Source: Camelus dromedarius
Taxonomy: Eukaryota
DNA: 64,000 bases
Reading direction: 5' to 3'
Assembly (NCBI RefSeq): GCF_036321535.1
Contig: NC_087438.1
Span: 4,342,001-4,406,000, forward strand
Numbering within the stretch: position 1 is the stretch's first letter; each line of letters begins with the position of its first letter. The position numbers were made by a program, and so were the translations under genes. The notes under the pieces were generated by a model. The model was given only the letters and a program-made list of their open reading frames with translations. It was not told the origin of the DNA and ran no database searches. Positions 59,071 to 64,000 of the stretch are shown piece after piece.

Positions 59071-60231
59071 TTTGTTAAATGCTGGGGCTTCCCTTTCATT
59101 TCTATTCAGCGTTATCCAGGTTTACACAAAACTGATGCCGGCTTTGTCGTCCGAGAGGCTCACAAATTTAAGAGAAAATATCTGAGGATGTTTATTCCCT
59201 AATAATTGGGAAACGATTTTAGAGCCTGGAACAGAGAGTCTATGGTTACATAAGGTTTCTCAATGGAAAATTGTAGAATGTTTCACCAAGGAAACACTCC
59301 TTCCCGAGGGGAGTGGCTTTGCGTCCTGGGCATTATTCTGGTACTTGGCCCTGATGAGTGTCAGTGTCATGGAAGGCTGGCCTGTGGTCCTGTGGGGGAG
59401 GGAGGGTGAATCTGGCCGATGGCACTAGTGCAGTAACCCCTTCATTCATTCTACCACCACCCCTGCCCCCGGCTGCCCACCAGACCCGGGCCACACCCTG
59501 GGCATCTCCCCAACCTGGTCTCATCTGGTGTCTCCAGCAGCCCGCACGAGGCCTGTTCCATGGCAGGCATTTAGTAAATCCGTGGGAAATACAGGTTGCT
59601 CATTTAGGATTTTTTCATAGCTAAGATGCACTTTTCCAAAGAACCAGATATTTTTTTAAAGGGCAGTGATTGCTAAAAAATAAGGTCAAGAAGAATTTTT
59701 AAAGTTCTGATTTTATTATGAACCAAGCGAGCATCGCTTCCGAGACGGCTGTTCCTTCCTGAGGGCTGGACCACGGGTGCTCTTCGGACGCTCACCGGCC
59801 CCCTGCGAGGACCGCCGCACACGCCTTCCCTGACGTCCCCCTGCCCAGCCCGGACCCTGAGCCCTTAGCGCCCCTGTTTCCTCTCGCCTCACCCACCAGC
59901 TCCCACGGGCTCGGTATCTTATCCGGAAACCTGTTTCCTCCAGGGTCAGAACCTAGCATGCCTGGGCCTCCTTCCCCACGAAGATGGCGCCCTCCCAGGC
60001 CCCGGGCATCACCCTGCTGCTCTCAGCCCCTGTCTCTCCATGCAAGTTGCCTCTGCCCTGGCCTGGGTCTTCGTCCGTCTTCTCTGGACCATGACAGTAG
60101 CCCACTTAGGCCACACCCACACTTGACGGACACCCGTCTCCCAAGTGACCCATCCCAAAGGAACACTGGACCCTATGCTCTGCCCCTAGAGGAGAGACTC
60201 AGATGCTGACCTATCTGGCAACCTTATCTCC

Positions 60232-60770
60232 TGTGGTGGGGAGAAGTGCACCCACTAAAGAGACACTGAAGTCCTACGTAATATTGTAAATCAGCTATAC
60301 CTCAACTGAAAAAGAAAAAAGACACGCTGAAGTCCTTTCCCTCCCTCCCCGACCTCCCCCCGAGCCACCACGCTGTGCGCGTGTCCTTGCCTGGACACAA
60401 GGTCTCTGCAGATGTAAAGTTAAGATGAGGGCATCCCGGATTAGCGTGGGCTCTGATGCCGTGACCCGTGTCCCAGGAGGAAGAGGAGAAGAAATTTGAC
60501 ACCGAGACAGAGACGCACAGGGAGAAGGCAGGTGACCACAAAGGCAGAGATCGGGGTGATGTGTCCACCATGTCGGAACACCTGTGGCTGCCCACAAACC
60601 ACCAGAAGCTGGGGGAGGCGTGGGGCAGATGCTCCCCCAGAGCCTCCTGCATCAGCCCTGCGCACAGCTTGGTTTTGGGCCTCTGCCCTCTAGAACTGAC
60701 AGAAAATACATTCCTGTCTTTGAAGCCACCCAGCATGGTACCCTGGTACAGCAGCCCCAGGAACTAACCC
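60232..60770 (+). mobile_element. MLT1C-like LTR with a tiny L1 tail insertion
   Basis: 'ggtctctgcagatgtaaagttaagatgagg...accagaagctggggg...cagcagccccaggaactaac'. Confidence 0.85.
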
Positions 60771-60978
60771 CCTCCCGTTCCTCCTTCCTCTCTCTCCATC
60801 CTCCCGGGAGCACCCAGACATGTATTTCCCATGCTCCTCCTGGTCTCCCTTCCTGTGTTCCTGCTGAATCATTCCATTTGTCCTTGAGTCCAGCTCCTGA
60901 CCCACCTCCTCCAGGAAGTCTTCCCTGCCTGCCTGGCCATCCAGGGCAGGTGTGGTGCCCCATCAGCATGGTCTAGAG

Positions 60979-61186
60979 CAGGCATTCTCAACAGGGGCGA
61001 CGCTGCCCCCCAGGGGACACTGGGCAATATGGAGGAACTTGTGGTTGTCACACCTGGTGCAGGGCTACTATTGCATGTGGCGGGTAGAGGCCAGGGATGC
61101 TGCTAAAATCCTACAATGCATGGGACAGCCCCACAACCCAGAAGATTCCATCCGCAGGTGCCATTAGTGCCCAGGCTGAGATGCTG
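60979..61186 (+). mobile_element. MER20
   Basis: 'ttctcaacaggggcga...cccccaggggacac...gggtagaggccagggatgctgctaaaatcctacaatgca'. Confidence 0.88.
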
Positions 61187-61714
61187 ATTGAGAGAACACG
61201 CATGCTATAGAGAAGTTAGATGTTCCCCTGTTCGTCTGCCCGGGTCCTGGTGGGGAGCACGGTGCCACCCACCGTGGGGGCCCCGCCCTGCCTGCCTCAT
61301 CGCCTCTCTGCTGCGTAACTGGACAACAGGGCGAACGCTGTCTGTAACACCAGACGGCTTGTCAGTTTCTGTGGAAAAAAATAGGTGTCTAGCCTCTTGT
61401 GTACAGTTTCTTCCACGCCAGTCGCTTTGACAGAGCCAGGCGTGTCTTTGAGATTGGGTAGATCGCAGAGGTGGTGCTCCTGGGTGTGTGTGCGGTGAAG
61501 GGCTGTGTTCTGATGGGGAGAGAGTTGCAGCTTCCTTCTGGGTGTCACCAGGGTTCCCCCAGATATCTTTCCAAGACAGCGTCACCTGCTGTCACTCTGC
61601 CCACCTAAGGTGGAGGCACCCAGCCCAGGATGCACCGTGAGGACTGAGGACATTTCCGTTAGAGAGAAGCTCAGTGCCTTTCTCCAGCAGGCACCATGTC
61701 CACATCCATAAGCA

Positions 61715-62000
61715 TGCTTATTACACTTAGCAGAGTATCTTCCAGGCCCATCCATGTTGCTGCAAATGGCAAAATGTCATTCTTTTTATGGCTGAGTAAT
61801 GTTCCATTGTGTATATATATGTACCACATCTTCATTCATCTGTTACGGACACTTAGTTTGCTTCCATGTCTTGGCAATTGTAAGTAATACTGCTGAACAT
61901 TGGCGTGCATAGATCTTTTTGAATTACTGGGAGTTTTTTTGGATATACACCCAGAAGTGGAATTGCTGGGTCATATGGTAGTTCTATTTTTAGTTTTTAG
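61715..62000 (-). mobile_element. L1 fragment
   Basis: 'catccatgttgctgcaaatggc...gtggaattgctgggtcatatggtagttctatttttagtttt'. Confidence 0.88.
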
Positions 62001-63204
62001 TGCCTCAGTCTTTTTATCAAGAAGATTTGGGGAGTGAAATACAAACAGCTGGGGTGGGGGTGGTGTGTGAATGAGCATCTTACAGGATGTCAGAATAACG
62101 GAAGCAAACAGAACCATATTGGACATGAACTTCAGGTTAAAACCCAAGGAGAACATGAGACCTGAATGCCCCACAGAGGGACGGGACGCAGGAGGGGCTG
62201 AGCCTCTGCGTCCTGGGGTGCTGGCTGCCTGGAGGGGAGCCCGCCCGGGCCAGCCTGTTTTCCCTCAGCGCCTGCTAGCAAAGCCCTTCCCTGGCGGGTT
62301 CTGTGTCTCCCACGCACCCGAACCAGATGCATCTCTGTTTGGTCCCTTGCCCTCAGAGGGCCCTCCGGTCCTCACCTGGTGGTCCGGGGGAGAGAGCAGT
62401 GCTTGGTGGGAGTTAAGCCCACCTTCCTGACCAGCCCTGATGATCAAGTGAAGTGAAGCATTATCTGTAGGAGTTTAATGAGCTGCTGTGTGTGAAGGTG
62501 GTCACACCACTGACAGTGCGCTCGTGGACAGAAGCCACACGGGGGACCTGGCTATTCAGGGCGCTCCCCGTCAGTCAAAGCTCAACGCGCACTTGTAAGC
62601 TGCTCAGCTGTCTGGACAGCACGTCCCACCTCATTGTCCCCTTCTTGCCCTTTCAGCCCCCTCTGCCCCCCTCCCCAACCTTGGCTGGTGCTGGGTGGGG
62701 CCCCTGGCGGGCAGCAGGCCTCCCCCTGTAAACTGCCCATTCTCCAAATTGATGTATGAGGTCTGGGCTTTCCCTCAAGGTTACTCCTGGCTTCCAGTCA
62801 CTGAAGGGACACTCACCTCTCCCCCTCTGGTGTGAACATCACCTCCACAGCCACACGTGTGCATATGCAGACACACGGATGTTCATGTACAGACACACAT
62901 GCACCTGGGCACAGGGGCTGCACACACGTGCACAGGCAAGGACGCATGAATGCACACACACACACACACACGCACACACACGGTAAGAGCTGTGGAATCA
63001 AATCAGTGCCTTTCCACTCCCGAATTCTTCTCTTTGATGTGTCACTGGACCAGATCCAGTACAAGTTCTTCCCTCGCTAGTCAGTGGCTGCAGCGTCATT
63101 GTTTTGATTTGGGAACAAGTTTCTTTGAAGCAGCCTCTTCTGTTGTAGAGTCTTATCTGTCCTTTAGTGCCTGTAAGTTGATCTGCTTTGAATGGTAGAC
63201 CTTA

Positions 63205-63393
63205 AAAGAGAAGTGAGAAATAATCTCCAAGGATGTATTGTACAACACAGGGACTGTAGGAAACATTTTATAATACCTGTAAGTGGAGTATGACCTTTAA
63301 AACTTGTGAATCACTATATTGTACACCTGTAACTTATATAATGCTGTACATCAACTATACTTCAATTTTAGAAATTCTCAAAAAAAAAAAAAA
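63205..63393 (+). mobile_element. L1 3' end with poly-A
   Basis: 'tgtacaacacaggga...gaatcactatattgtacacctgtaac...catcaactatacttcaatt' then A14. Confidence 0.8.
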
Positions 63394-64000
63394 GGAGAAA
63401 TCATTGCTGTCTTTCCGAGCAAGTCTCCTTTCAAAGATGCCTCTGTGTGTGTGTGTGTGTGTGTGTGTGCATCTTCCTGAAGCCCAAGTCCAGCATGTGT
63501 CCCATCTGAGCTTCTCCTCCAGAGAGTGGTGTCATGGAGAGAGTCTAAACTGAGCCCAGCACATGCCTGAAGCCTGCGCTGGAGGAGCTAGGGTGTGTGA
63601 GTGCTTTTAGACTAACAGTTACACCTTCAGAGACTTTAAAAGCAAGTAGCAGCCCTATAATTCAGCCCAGGAAATGAGTGAAGGAGTCTCAAAACTATAC
63701 GAGGAGTCTGGAAATTCTAACTATTTTTAAAGGAGCAGAAGCCTGTAATTCATGGGTGAGTGAAACACAAAAATGGCACAAAAGTATGTTTGCAAAGAAA
63801 AAATACAGTAAAGAGAAAAATCTAACCAAGTGAGAAATAGCAAATGAACATATTTATGTCAACCTATTAGAATGACATTATTGAAAAGGCTGAGAAATTA
63901 ACCCTATAGATACAAAATATTGGATTTGCCTGAAGACATTTTGGTGACCAAATAACCAACAGACGAATGGATAAAGAAGATGTGGTGTATATATACAATG

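Larger units (their letters stand above)
24352..64000 (+). other. UBE2QL1: UBE2QL1 intron 1 (extends past the window end)
   Basis: GT donor at 24352; the expected final exon (GRICRKAGKSKKSF...) was not found by eye or in the ORF track. Confidence 0.7.

Overview
Mammalian genomic DNA, very probably camelid: it carries a tRNA-Ala(AGC)-derived SINE of the vic-1 type and young L1 3' ends of cetartiodactyl type. The only protein-coding sequence I can support is coding exon 1 of UBE2QL1 (UBE2Q-like E2 enzyme, + strand, 23569-24351), inside a CpG island at about 21950-24550. Its first intron runs from 24352 to the end of the window. I could not find the last coding exon (GRICRKAGK...SDG*) by eye, so it probably lies downstream. 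The main observation is that the reading frame starts at a strong-Kozak ATG 143 codons upstream of the MKELQ start of the commonly cited 161-aa protein, and that downstream Met sits inside E2 helix alpha-1. There are two candidate uORFs, a second GC-rich promoter-like island about 13 kb upstream, and an intronic enhancer-like motif cluster. The rest is interspersed repeats (MLT1 LTRs, L1, MER20, MER44/Tigger1, MIR, an ERV solo LTR) with several readable nesting and inversion events, plus a candidate unidentified retrocopy. Repeat subfamily names come from remembered consensus sequences and boundaries are approximate. I see no convincing novel multi-gene system.
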